A stretch of DNA of 64,000 bases from a bacterium (GCA_963676395.1 OY781066.1:1-64000), one strand, 5' to 3'. Positions 21,287-31,960 are shown, numbered from the stretch's first letter. Made by a program: numbers and translations. Notes: a model not told the origin generated them from the sequence alone.

Positions 21287-24200
21287 ATGATTAAACGAAT
21301 AACAATACTAATATTTCTATTTTTAGTTACTATTACGGTTCTACTAGCCGATGTGACTGAAAATGAGTTTTATAATGCTTTGAATAGTTCAACTAATAAT
21401 GAAATTGTTTTTGATAGCACAACTACGGCAGTTCATTATTTTACACGTTCAGATTCAATTCATATGTCAACGTCTGGGTTGACACTTACACTGAATTTCG
21501 ACTTATCATCTACAGTAGCAACGGAGCTGCATATTGAGAATCTCAAATTATCGGGATATAATAAAGTAATATTCAATATTAATCGAAAAACTAAAATTGT
21601 ATTAGATAATTGTAAATTCAAACTAAAATATGGGGTTTTATTCAACTTTAACGATAGAGAATATCTCTACCCTGCTAATCTGGAAGAAACTCAAATATCA
21701 ATTGAAAATTGTGATTTTATTTGGGATGAAACTCTATATACCGGATTAAATGCAAAACAACTTTATTTCGAAGTAGAGTCAGGTATTGCAAATTCGGGTG
21801 ATTATCGTTTAAGAAATGTTATAATTGATAGTTGTAATTTTGAGTATACTAATACCACGAATTCACTGACACAATGGCTAAATGCTATTACATTTTTTAG
21901 AGCAAATGAAAATGTATCGTTTTCAAATATTACAATTTCAAATAATAGTATTACTTACGCAGGTATAGACAGAGCCAGAACAAGAGCAATTGCGATCTTT
22001 AATATTGATGGCAGTGCAGATGCTAGTGATTTTATTGATGAAAGCGCTTCCAACCACTATTATAATATTAATCATGATATTAATATTTTGAATAATTATC
22101 TGGAAACAGATTCTGAATGCCCTGAACAAGCAGTTTTCGTTCAAGGGCCTTACAAAGATGTTAATGTTAACGGGAATGAAATGTATGGCTTTGGACGTTT
22201 TATGCCCGATAACCCAAGTAGTCCAACTAAATACTATAACTCATTTCCAGTTTGTATGTATGGTGCAAGATCTTATGATGATTATTCAGATAATGTAAAC
22301 AATGTTGAAATTAAAAATAATATTTTAACAACGATATCATCTGGTATTATTGCAAATTCTTCAAATATTTGCGTGGATTCTAATGAAGTTAGGTTTCTAC
22401 CACTTACAAATTATTGGGAAAACGTTCAAACAATTCCGATAACCAGAAATAGAGTTGCTATATCTGTTAGAACAGGCGATGAATTACATCCAGAACAGCA
22501 AATTGAAAATATGAATATTAGATGTAATGAAATTTATTGTAATGAAATTTCCGGAGCAACTGGGATAATGGTAACAGGAAAGGATTTCAATGTAAGTCAT
22601 AATACAATTTTCGGGCCAAATAGTTGGGGAATAATGTATTGGGGAAATGGCGGAAATATTAACCAAGGTATCGGTTCATCTTCTATTTGTAATAACTCAG
22701 TTGATTTTGGAAACCAAGCTTATAATGTATTAAATAATAATTCAGAAGGGTTTGATTATTTTTTAGATAACAATTTTTTAACATTTTCCGGTATCAACTT
22801 TTACAGATCATCTCATACGCCAATTATTCCTTATAGTAATGAAATTTTAACAATATCTGATAATGCCGTTTATTGTGATGGGACAATTGATCCGGTAGTA
22901 TTTTTTAATTCTTCTACGAATCCGCAGATTACATGTAATATTACCAATAATATTTCCGGTGTCCTCCCCTACGATACCAGCACGACACAATTAAATGCCA
23001 GCTATATCCATGACGAGCTTGAAACGACCGGCGATGTGGATGGTGACGGATTATCCGATATGATTTATATTTATCGATATAATACAACCTTGTATGTCCT
23101 AACCAAGTTCAATAATGGTGATGGCACCTGGACGGATGTAAACGTCAGCACCCCTTATGGCACCATTGTGGACAGTTACCCGATCAATACAGGTGATTTC
23201 AACGGAGATGGGAAGATGGATATCGTCTTTACCTATTATTCGTCATCCAGAGTTTATATCTCCATGCTATTGTCGGATGGTGACGGGACATGGACGCGTT
23301 ATTATAAATACTATACCGGTTATGGCTCGGAGATATTTGACGGGTCCATTGTGATCGGTGATGCATCGAACGATGGATGTGATGATATTATATTTATCTA
23401 CAGCTATATGGGTGATTTTTCCATCGCTACCACCGTTTCGAGAACAAGTGGCGGGACATGGAGTAAGTATGAAGAAATGATCATGGATGCACCCGATCCG
23501 GAAGTATATGATGCCATTCCCGGTGATTTCAACGGAGATGGTGATATTGATTTTGCTTTTGCTCATGATCATAATAGTAAATTGAACATCACGCTTTTCA
23601 CATCTAATGGAGACAGGACTTGGTCGTGGACTTATCATGAATTTAGCAGTTATGGTTCATATGCCTATGGTGATAGGTTGGTTGTCGGGGATGTCTCCGG
23701 TGACGGTTGGGACGATTTGGTATTTATATATCGTTTAAGCGGCGAGTTAAAGATCTTGTCGATCTGGAAAGCCAGCACCGGCTGGGGGTCTTGTTTACAG
23801 ACACATACTGATGGAACAAATGTGGATGTTAATCCTGTCTTATCCGGTGATTTCAATGGCGATGATTTATTGGATTTTGCGTTCTGGGGTTATGATTGGA
23901 GTGAAAACGGATTGAATGTCCGTTGGAGAAATTCTAATGGAGACGGTACCTGGGGTGCCTTATATCAAATCTTCCCCAATGATCCTGAAGTAAGCTATGT
24001 ACCGTATGCTGCTAATTTTGATTCAGACGATAGAGCGGATATCTTGTTTACATACCAGAATAGCAGCAACATGATGAATTACAACTTAAAGACATCTTCG
24101 GCAATGGTAGCTTCATTCAGTAAACGACTATCCAATGAGAGTGAAGAAACACACATCGCCAAAAGCTATGAGTTAAGCCAGAATTATCCCAATCCATTCA

Positions 24201-24424
24201 ATCCGAGTACAACAATACGCTATTCATTGAAAGAAAACGGTAAAGTCAAACTATCAGTTTTTAATTTACAAGGTCGTAAAGTTGCACAATTGGTGAATGC
24301 AGCACAATCCATGGGAACCTATGAGCTAACATGGGATGCTTCCTCTTTGCCTTCGGGTATTTATATCTATCGACTGCAGGCCGGTGAGTTTGTGGATACA
24401 AAGAAGATGACACTATTGAAATAA
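21287..24424 (+). CDS. Secreted modular protein: parallel beta-helix domain, FG-GAP/VCBS propeller, T9SS-type C-terminal domain
   Basis: Start MIKRITIL after AAAGGA; Asn-rich I.I.NN repeats; multiple GDFNGDG..D repeats; QNYPNPFNP...SGIYIY...KKMTLLK. Confidence 0.85.
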   Translation: MIKRITILIFLFLVTITVLLADVTENEFYNALNSSTNNEIVFDSTTTAVHYFTRSDSIHMSTSGLTLTLNFDLSSTVATELHIENLKLSGYNKVIFNINRKTKIVLDNCKFKLKYGVLFNFNDREYLYPANLEETQISIENCDFIWDETLYTGLNAKQLYFEVESGIANSGDYRLRNVIIDSCNFEYTNTTNSLTQWLNAITFFRANENVSFSNITISNNSITYAGIDRARTRAIAIFNIDGSADASDFIDESASNHYYNINHDINILNNYLETDSECPEQAVFVQGPYKDVNVNGNEMYGFGRFMPDNPSSPTKYYNSFPVCMYGARSYDDYSDNVNNVEIKNNILTTISSGIIANSSNICVDSNEVRFLPLTNYWENVQTIPITRNRVAISVRTGDELHPEQQIENMNIRCNEIYCNEISGATGIMVTGKDFNVSHNTIFGPNSWGIMYWGNGGNINQGIGSSSICNNSVDFGNQAYNVLNNNSEGFDYFLDNNFLTFSGINFYRSSHTPIIPYSNEILTISDNAVYCDGTIDPVVFFNSSTNPQITCNITNNISGVLPYDTSTTQLNASYIHDELETTGDVDGDGLSDMIYIYRYNTTLYVLTKFNNGDGTWTDVNVSTPYGTIVDSYPINTGDFNGDGKMDIVFTYYSSSRVYISMLLSDGDGTWTRYYKYYTGYGSEIFDGSIVIGDASNDGCDDIIFIYSYMGDFSIATTVSRTSGGTWSKYEEMIMDAPDPEVYDAIPGDFNGDGDIDFAFAHDHNSKLNITLFTSNGDRTWSWTYHEFSSYGSYAYGDRLVVGDVSGDGWDDLVFIYRLSGELKILSIWKASTGWGSCLQTHTDGTNVDVNPVLSGDFNGDDLLDFAFWGYDWSENGLNVRWRNSNGDGTWGALYQIFPNDPEVSYVPYAANFDSDDRADILFTYQNSSNMMNYNLKTSSAMVASFSKRLSNESEETHIAKSYELSQNYPNPFNPSTTIRYSLKENGKVKLSVFNLQGRKVAQLVNAAQSMGTYELTWDASSLPSGIYIYRLQAGEFVDTKKMTLLK

Positions 24425-24442
24425 GTAAATATTATAAAAATG

Positions 24443-24769
24443 ATATAAAAAGGCGCGAAATTCGCGCCTTTTATACTTTATATTTCAATAATTAATTTAA
24501 TCGCATAATAATCTATCATACTGTATACAATGTGTTTACATCAATATTAGTCTATTATAATATAATTAAATTATTCTTGTATGTATTATAAATACTATTT
24601 ATGTTATTTTAACAAAATAATAAATATGGTCTTACCAATGAGAAATACTGCATTAACAGAAGATAGCAAATTGCATTATAAACATTAAGCACTTACCTGT
24701 TAACAGTAAAGTATTTTTCCCTTGATTTAAATATTGCATTGTAATTAATTAAAACAAACATGAAAGGAA
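24443..24769 (+). repeat. ~327-bp non-coding direct repeat, copy 2
   Basis: About 93% identical to 20954-21281 by manual count. Confidence 0.95.
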
Positions 24770-24774
24770 TTTTA

Positions 24775-27700
24775 ATGAAACGTCTTCAACGATTGAGTAC
24801 AGTTGCATTTACTATTTTAGTATTATTTACCTCAATACTCTTAGGTGCTAACGTTGTAAATTATGAAGTAGAAGCAAACACCGATAGCACAAAGCATTTT
24901 TTATTAAATGGTGATCCATTCTTCCCAATTGGGTGGTATGGGGGGCCTGGATATGAAAACAATTTCAATAGAAATGATCGTATCGATCATAAATATGATC
25001 CAATTGACGATAAAGACGATATTATAGGTGACGAAAATTTTCTTTTTAGCTTAATTAATTTTAAAAATTTTGGTTCAAATACAATCTTTCTTTATGAATG
25101 TAATAGAGGAATGAATTCTAAAAGACTCGGAAACATGACAGAAAATTTTAGTGATATCACTAATTGTGAGCCAACAGGCTGGCAAAGAGCACTTGAAATT
25201 ATTGATGATGCCGGTTTAAAAGCAATTGTCGAAATTGGTTTTAATACTGTAAGAAGAAATTATTGGAGAGAATGGATGGGAAGTGCAAGTAGCGCCATAT
25301 ATAGAAATATATGGCTTGATCCAGCTGAAACCCGAGTCAATACTTATGACCAAGTTATAGATTATGATTCATCGACAGATACAGAGATTCAAATACTAAT
25401 TGATGAATTAGATGTAGTTATTGGTGATACTCTAATCCCACATTCTTACGAAGACTCTGATAGAAGCGCAGCAATTAATAAATACTTGCAATACTTATCA
25501 ACTGATCCAGCCGTATTTTTATGGAGCACCTATGATGAACCGTCCGATACAGTTGGCTATAGTGTTTTCAGTGATAATTCAAGATTTACATTTGAAGCTA
25601 TAAAAAACAGAATGATAAAAGCAAACACAGCAATTGAAAACTATTACACCAACCCAGCAACTAATTACATTCCAGTTATGCCAGTTTTTAGAGTTTACCC
25701 AGATGATTCCGACCCAATTAAATACATTTATGAAAGCATAGAGGAAGGTGCTTGTAAATATATTTCTCTTGACTGGTACCCTGTTTGGTCTCATGAAGAT
25801 AAATCGGCGGAACTTATACCCAATCAAGTCTTACCGGCAATAGAAATTGCAAAGCATTTCTCCAATGCTGGTCCATTTATTTATGTTGCTCAAGGGCATG
25901 AGAACGAACCATCTGACTCTACACATTATCTAACACTACCATCTGAGAAAAATTTAAGATATATGACGTATTCCCCAATTATTCATGGAGCCAGAGGAAT
26001 AATGTTTTATAAATACTACAACAATACTTTAAGATGTAGAGATAGAGTTCACGCTATGATTGCTGAAATTACGGGAACTAGATACAGCTCCTACAACAAC
26101 AATAACATAAATTTAACAAGTGTAATTATAAACGGACAGACCCCCAATGATCCGGATTTTTTGCAGGTAGTTAATCGGGATACCGTTAAGGATAATAATG
26201 ATATTATTAATTTTATGAATAATACCAATAACTATCCCCAGATACCTGTTATAACACTATTTGATATTAATTATTTAGTGAAAGAAAGAAATGGTTATTA
26301 CTATCTGTTTATTTCAAATGACTCTAAATATAGTAAAACAGCAAAACTATTTTCAAAAGAAATTTCATACGGAAATTTTAAGGAAATTACCAAAAGTGGA
26401 CTTGGTAGTGAAAAAAAAATCAACCATGGTAAATTTTCAATAACTTTGGAAAGTTGTGAAGCAAAAGTATTTAAAATTGAAAAACTTGATATAACAAATG
26501 CCTACGATATAGCATGTTTAACTGCTGAAGATGACTCCCCAAATTATAACAATGTCCATATTATGAGGCCATGTAGCACATCAACTCCTTCGCTAAAGGA
26601 CAAAAACAACTCAACTGTCTCAAATCCGTATAATTCAAGTTCAATATGGACAAATTGGAATGATCTCGCTGATGATAATTTAGGTTTTAATGATGAGGTA
26701 GATTTTGCATCAAGTGGTGATTTTAATAATGATGGACTTGATGATATAGCTCTATTTGCTAACAATAGATTATATCTACTTAACAATGATGATGATTATT
26801 TTAATATTGACAATTCTAACGAAATTGAAATCACAGAAGACATTCTAGTAAGTAATTCATATATTTCATTTTGCGCTGAAATTGACATGATATCTGGAGA
26901 TTTCGATGCAGATGGAATAGATGAAGTATGTATTATCGAAAATGCCACATTAGGGTTTGATATAAAATTAATAAATATTGATGAATATTCTTGCAGTAAA
27001 ATAGCTAGCAGAACTTCAGAGCGAGGTTTATTTTGTAATTTATATTTTTCAGCTAGTGGAGATTTTGATGCTAACGGACAAGATGATATTATTTTATTTT
27101 ATAAAAAAGGATCTACTAATTATGTGAAAGTATTTTCATTAAATGAAAATGACATCTTCGAAGAAATTAGCACATTTAACAAAACAACAACAATAAATTA
27201 CGATGCCATTGAATATTTAGAAGCCGGTGATATGAATAACGATGGTTACTCTGATTTTGTTTTATTGTACGATCAAGGAAATTCAGATGACTGGCAAAGA
27301 GTTCTAGTCTTTGAATCCGATGGTGATAATTTCCCTCTACTAAATTCTCCAAATATTTTAGTTGATGCGAATTGGCATGTTGTATCTAGTACAACTTTTA
27401 ATTTTGATGATGTTACTTCAATGGTTGTAGCAGATTTAACTGGAGATGCCAATGATGATATCCTAGTAACCTATAACTACAATGGTAATAATCAAAAATT
27501 CATTGTATACGAAAACGATAGCACTGGAACTTGTTTTAGATATGGCTCAACATTTGATCCAAATACTAAATGTTGGGGTAATTATTATAGCAGTACTTAT
27601 GATTTATCTAATCAGTATTTCGTTCTCCCAGGTCGCTTTATGTATAAACCAACTCAGGGATTATATAAAGATATATCCAACGATGAAGAAATTGATGTAT

Positions 27701-27966
27701 CCTATAAATTTAATTTAAAACAGAATTACCCTAATCCATTCAACCCAAGCACAACATTCGAATATGAGATACCAAACAGCTCTCATGTCATGTTGAATGT
27801 GTATGACATGAACGGGCGCTTAGTAGAAAAACTAGTTAATAAACATCAACAGGCTGGACAATATCAGGTAAAATGGGATGCTTCACACTTAAGCTCTGGC
27901 ATGTACATTTATAGAATTATCTCCGGTGACAATACCGATGTAAAAAAATGTATGCTCATTAAATAA
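24775..27966 (+). CDS. Secreted modular protein: glycoside-hydrolase-like TIM barrel, FG-GAP repeats, T9SS-type C-terminal domain
   Basis: NGDPFFPIGWY, WSTYDEP, LDWYPV, IIHGARGIMFY; SGDFNNDG repeats; QNYPNPFNP. Confidence 0.8.
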   Translation: MKRLQRLSTVAFTILVLFTSILLGANVVNYEVEANTDSTKHFLLNGDPFFPIGWYGGPGYENNFNRNDRIDHKYDPIDDKDDIIGDENFLFSLINFKNFGSNTIFLYECNRGMNSKRLGNMTENFSDITNCEPTGWQRALEIIDDAGLKAIVEIGFNTVRRNYWREWMGSASSAIYRNIWLDPAETRVNTYDQVIDYDSSTDTEIQILIDELDVVIGDTLIPHSYEDSDRSAAINKYLQYLSTDPAVFLWSTYDEPSDTVGYSVFSDNSRFTFEAIKNRMIKANTAIENYYTNPATNYIPVMPVFRVYPDDSDPIKYIYESIEEGACKYISLDWYPVWSHEDKSAELIPNQVLPAIEIAKHFSNAGPFIYVAQGHENEPSDSTHYLTLPSEKNLRYMTYSPIIHGARGIMFYKYYNNTLRCRDRVHAMIAEITGTRYSSYNNNNINLTSVIINGQTPNDPDFLQVVNRDTVKDNNDIINFMNNTNNYPQIPVITLFDINYLVKERNGYYYLFISNDSKYSKTAKLFSKEISYGNFKEITKSGLGSEKKINHGKFSITLESCEAKVFKIEKLDITNAYDIACLTAEDDSPNYNNVHIMRPCSTSTPSLKDKNNSTVSNPYNSSSIWTNWNDLADDNLGFNDEVDFASSGDFNNDGLDDIALFANNRLYLLNNDDDYFNIDNSNEIEITEDILVSNSYISFCAEIDMISGDFDADGIDEVCIIENATLGFDIKLINIDEYSCSKIASRTSERGLFCNLYFSASGDFDANGQDDIILFYKKGSTNYVKVFSLNENDIFEEISTFNKTTTINYDAIEYLEAGDMNNDGYSDFVLLYDQGNSDDWQRVLVFESDGDNFPLLNSPNILVDANWHVVSSTTFNFDDVTSMVVADLTGDANDDILVTYNYNGNNQKFIVYENDSTGTCFRYGSTFDPNTKCWGNYYSSTYDLSNQYFVLPGRFMYKPTQGLYKDISNDEEIDVSYKFNLKQNYPNPFNPSTTFEYEIPNSSHVMLNVYDMNGRLVEKLVNKHQQAGQYQVKWDASHLSSGMYIYRIISGDNTDVKKCMLIK

Positions 27967-27982
27967 TAACCCTGACAAATCG

Positions 27983-28013
27983 TAATAAACCGGCAAATCA
28001 TGCCGGTTTATTA
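27983..28013 (+). terminator. Intrinsic terminator
   Basis: TAATAAACCGGCA...TGCCGGTTTATTA plus T-rich tail. Confidence 0.8.
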
Positions 28014-28521
28014 TTTTATTGCTTATATTTAGAAACCACCTCTAGCTAACATTAGAATTAATTACAATTTTAATAAGTACAAACAACTTAGTAAGAAACA
28101 ATTGAAAAGCAGATTGTTATGGAATAATGCCGGTACGGTTGAATCCGCGATCCTAAGCTCCGGGGGCGCTGTCGCTGTTTGTAATACTGTGTAGAGGCCG
28201 GAATACTTGCGATATGCTAATACTTAGCGGCCCTACTCAAGATATGTTAGAGGTACTGGTGTGGACAGCTCTTGTTTGTAATTCTGCTACAGGATTCGGA
28301 TTAGCTCTTCTGTGTTATACAGCGATCAGATTTTTCATTGATACAATCGGAGATTTAAATCTAAATAAACGCATGATAAGGATTGAACTCAGACAATTCC
28401 AACCTGTATCGCACAAGGATTCCCTGGACATCGGAATAAGCATACCGTTAAGCTGAAACTAGCATTAAAATGAATTTACCAGACCGGGAATTATAAAGTT
28501 TTTATTTCACATAGAGACAAT

Positions 28522-28698
28522 ATGAAAAAGAGCATCGCAATCCTAAACATTGAGGAGGAATAAACACATTATACAAATAATGATCATGTACACGCCATCG
28601 TTTCCGATAAGCTGAATATCTATTTCGGTACCTCCGGCAGTTTGGTTATTATGGATAAAACAACGGAAGCGATCAAGATAGGGCATAAAAGCCTCTAA
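28522..28698 (+). pseudogene. Remnant of a secreted beta-propeller (two-component-regulator-propeller/PorZ-like) gene
   Basis: In-frame MKKSIAILNIEEE*THYTNNDHVHAIVSDKLNIYFGTSGSLVIMDKTTE; stop where W of W..YTN is expected. Confidence 0.5.
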
Positions 28699-28924
28699 AT
28701 CTATCCCTCAACTATTTTGAGTAGCCAAAAATAGGATATCAAAGCAGGCTTCCCCTTAATCTTTGTTTTCAATCATATTATTTGTTGAAGTCTACATTTT
28801 TTGTTAAGAATTATTTATATAATTATCTTGTTCTTAATTATTTCTTGAGTAAAAATTAATTATTGCAAATGACTTTATTGTATAGTACTTTTATATAATG
28901 ATTATATACTAATAAAGGGGTATT

Positions 28925-30220
28925 ATGAAGAAAGTATCAGTATTTTTTGTATTGCTTTTATTGACCTTGTCTCTATGTTTTGCCGCAGCAAATTCAAAAG
29001 TTCTTGATGTCCGCGGCGCCTCCGTATATTACAAAGTGGATAATAATGCAAATGGTGATTTGAATCTAGGTACTGACTATACAATTGAAGCTTGGATCTA
29101 TGTAGAGCCCGGTGAAAGAACAAGCAATGAAAGAATTTTATACTCTAATGATTGGCAAATTTATATACCCTCGGGTTCTGGGGGTACGGGTACCGTCATT
29201 GTTAGAACAAGCGGAGCTTTTATGCCCGCCGGTCAAATAGATATGACGGTTAACGAAGATGAATGGACACATATTTGCATCATGGGAAATAGTGCCGGGT
29301 GGACAAATAACTATGTAAATGGTGCATCAGTTGGCAATGGTGGAACTTCGTCCATTGTATCTTCGGACTATTTATCAATAGGCTCAATCGTTTGGTCCGG
29401 CACATATAATTTCAATGGTGCAATCGATGAAATTCGTCTTTCAAATGTAAATCGATACGGTAGATGGAGTTTTTCTATTGACAAGAATGATCCTCCGCAC
29501 ACGAATGATGCGAATACAATGCTATTATATGATTTTGATGATAGCGCTGTCCCTCCTGCAAATAAATCCAGCAAAGTTTATACCACTACGAACTATGGTG
29601 TAAGTGCTGCTAATTACAAAGATTGGAATGATGCATCTTTTAGCGGGGAATTACCATTACCCATAGAGCTGGCTCAGTTCACTGCCAAATCAATTGACGG
29701 CTTAGTCCATTTAAATTGGGAAACAGCATCAGAAAAGAATAACGCTCAATTTATAGTTTATCGAAATGGTATTGCATTGGTAAGTATTGAAGGTGCCGGA
29801 ACCAGTACTGAAACAAATTTATATTCATATATTGACGATACTGTTGTTCCGGGAGTTACATACACTTATGTACTGGCTGATATCAATTATGCCAACCAAG
29901 AAACCCGCCATGAATCTAAAGCCGTACAGGTTTTGGTGGATGCGCCTGCAATAGAAGCAAACTATGTATTGGGAGACGCCTACCCTAACCCGTTTAATCC
30001 TATAACTATCGTACCTTTGGAATTAAAAGAATCAGCTCAGGTACATGTAAGTCTGTTTGATATGAATGGTAAAAGGGTTAAGGAAATATTAAATTCTAAT
30101 CTTAATAAGGGTTCGTACGATCTTCATGTAAATTCCGATAACTTATCAAGTGGCATTTATTTAATAAAAGCTGTCATCAATCATTCTGTTGTAGTTCAGA
30201 AGATAACATTTAAAAAATAG
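28925..30220 (+). CDS. Secreted LamG-like jellyroll protein with LPIEL linker and T9SS-type C-terminal domain
   Basis: YTIEAWIY, WTHI, FNGAIDEIRLSN..RY, LPIELAQF, WETASEKNN, AYPNPFNP. Confidence 0.85.
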   Translation: MKKVSVFFVLLLLTLSLCFAAANSKVLDVRGASVYYKVDNNANGDLNLGTDYTIEAWIYVEPGERTSNERILYSNDWQIYIPSGSGGTGTVIVRTSGAFMPAGQIDMTVNEDEWTHICIMGNSAGWTNNYVNGASVGNGGTSSIVSSDYLSIGSIVWSGTYNFNGAIDEIRLSNVNRYGRWSFSIDKNDPPHTNDANTMLLYDFDDSAVPPANKSSKVYTTTNYGVSAANYKDWNDASFSGELPLPIELAQFTAKSIDGLVHLNWETASEKNNAQFIVYRNGIALVSIEGAGTSTETNLYSYIDDTVVPGVTYTYVLADINYANQETRHESKAVQVLVDAPAIEANYVLGDAYPNPFNPITIVPLELKESAQVHVSLFDMNGKRVKEILNSNLNKGSYDLHVNSDNLSSGIYLIKAVINHSVVVQKITFKK

Positions 30221-30225
30221 AAAAA

Positions 30226-30369
30226 ATGCACATAGACTATGAAAATGATCAGCGGGAGATCCCCCAAGGGATGCTTACGAAACTATTGAAAATGAGCTAT
30301 AGTATTCCCGGGCTACTCACCGAAGAAGGTGAAATGAAGATTTCTAAACAAAATCCATCAAGAAGCTGA
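30226..30369 (+). pseudogene. 5'-truncated XRE/CI-like phage repressor remnant
   Basis: MHIDYENDQREIPQGMLTKLLKMSYSIPGLLTEEGEM resembles the YE...REIP...S..WLLTGEGEM end of CI-type HTH domains. Confidence 0.55.
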
Positions 30370-30436
30370 GTCCTGAAAAAGCTCTTTCACCGCCCACCGG
30401 GGAAGATCGGCGAGCAGCTAAGAATAGAGGAATAAT

Positions 30437-31012
30437 ATGATCTGTTTCTTAAAACCAATTGCTATATACATTTTTGATAATTTATATTGGATAATTCCTA
30501 CTGCAGCAACTCTTGTAATGATTTATTATGTAAAAAAAACATCAAGAGAGCAAATAGAAAGTTCAAGAAAGGCATTATTAGAGCAGATAAATATTGAAAA
30601 AATAGAAAATCATAGACCCTGTATTACAGTTATAAAATTTGGAGGCACTATTGAAAGCCCTGATTTTGTAATGAATCACAAAACGATTCCAGAACACGGA
30701 AAAGGTGTAAGTAAATTAATTGTATTAAAGAATATTGGTTATGGAATTGCTAATAATATTAGGTTCTATTCACTTATAGATGATGTTGAAATAAAATCAA
30801 ATGATGGTGGTATTTTTATTTCAACAGGTGTAGAAGATACATATAAACTAAAAATCAGCATAAGAGATAATGTAAAAGAAAAGGATATTCCATTTAAAAT
30901 AATTTATAATGATCTTTACGGTAATAAATACTCTTCTGAAGTAATTTTAAAAACATCCAGTGGTACACATTCATGTAAGTACAAAATAGAAAATGAAAAC
31001 CCGCCCACCTGA
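30437..31012 (+). CDS. Hypothetical protein, N-terminal TM helix plus Ig-like domain
   Basis: GAGG RBS; TM segment; RP...LKNIGYGIANNI...IIYNDLYGNKY pattern. Confidence 0.65.
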   Translation: MICFLKPIAIYIFDNLYWIIPTAATLVMIYYVKKTSREQIESSRKALLEQINIEKIENHRPCITVIKFGGTIESPDFVMNHKTIPEHGKGVSKLIVLKNIGYGIANNIRFYSLIDDVEIKSNDGGIFISTGVEDTYKLKISIRDNVKEKDIPFKIIYNDLYGNKYSSEVILKTSSGTHSCKYKIENENPPT

Positions 31013-31137
31013 TCGATTAACAGCCAGAGGTTTCTCTATTGTAAAGGCTTGCCAGAGTGATAGTAATTTAATGAATTTTTGATATGAATGCAGCAGCTAG
31101 TTTGAAAGTGTGATGTACATCACATAAAGGATATCTT

Positions 31138-31410
31138 ATGAAAAGGCTTACAAAGAAAAAATCTATTTTTATTGCCATTATGTATACTGCAATTGCTTTT
31201 GGGGTAATTGGATATTTTAATCTATTCCCTCCGGAAGTTTGGGAAAATGCAAGAAATTCTATGGGTGGAATGACTCTCGCCGGATATTATCCGAATTACA
31301 CACCATATTATTGGAGTATTTTACTTTTTGGTATAGGAGCCATTATACTTTTTGGGATATTATTCTATTATACCGAATGGAAGAAGAAGCCACCTACCAA
31401 AGATGAATAA
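31138..31410 (+). CDS. Hypothetical 2-TM membrane protein
   Basis: AAGGA RBS; two hydrophobic segments. Confidence 0.65.
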   Translation: MKRLTKKKSIFIAIMYTAIAFGVIGYFNLFPPEVWENARNSMGGMTLAGYYPNYTPYYWSILLFGIGAIILFGILFYYTEWKKKPPTKDE

Positions 31411-31450
31411 AAATTGTAGTTAGTGTGAAAGTGTGATGGAGGTCACAGAT

Positions 31451-31882
31451 ATGAATGCAATAACGTTTTGGATAAAAAAAAGAAATATCTTAAAAAAACA
31501 AAGAAAAAATTATTATATAATGAGCAAAAATATAGATAAATCAAAAATAGAAATAGAACCCAAGGATAAGGTAAAATTTCTTTCCATTGTGAGAGAAAAT
31601 AACATATACAATATGGAATTAAAAATGTTATTCTCTCGCAGGTATAGTTATTTGTGTGGTAAACTCCAACTTCCAGAATACTATGAAGACGAAGGAATAT
31701 GGGGACCATCAAACATGCCAAACGAAAAGGTATTAACAGATAAAGGATTAACAAAACTTAAATCTGCAATACGGAGTGAACGCCGAGAGAGAGCAAAATG
31801 GATATTTTCTTTTGGTTCACTTATTGTAGGTTTCATAGCGGCCTTAACCGGTTTAATTGCTGTAATTGGAAGTCTAGAATAA
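31451..31882 (+). CDS. Hypothetical protein with C-terminal TM helix
   Basis: GGAGG upstream of ATG 31451; LTDKG motif; hydrophobic C-terminus. Confidence 0.6.
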   Translation: MNAITFWIKKRNILKKQRKNYYIMSKNIDKSKIEIEPKDKVKFLSIVRENNIYNMELKMLFSRRYSYLCGKLQLPEYYEDEGIWGPSNMPNEKVLTDKGLTKLKSAIRSERRERAKWIFSFGSLIVGFIAALTGLIAVIGSLE

Positions 31883-31960
31883 AACCGTAAAGTTAAACTA
31901 TTTGTAATATTATTATTATTTTATAATATTACAAAGTAATCGCAATAAATAGAGAATAAC

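Noticed and set aside
21218..27966. Both large ORFs are listed as exactly 1068 aa
   Set aside because: Coincidence of ORF calling; RBS-supported starts (21287, 24775) give 1045 and 1063 aa
28214..28456. 80-aa ORF as a functional gene
   Set aside because: No clear RBS or family motif; lies in decayed sequence
31410..31470. Integron attC site (GTTAG...TAAC)
   Set aside because: Boxes are in the wrong order for attC, no extended palindrome and no IntI
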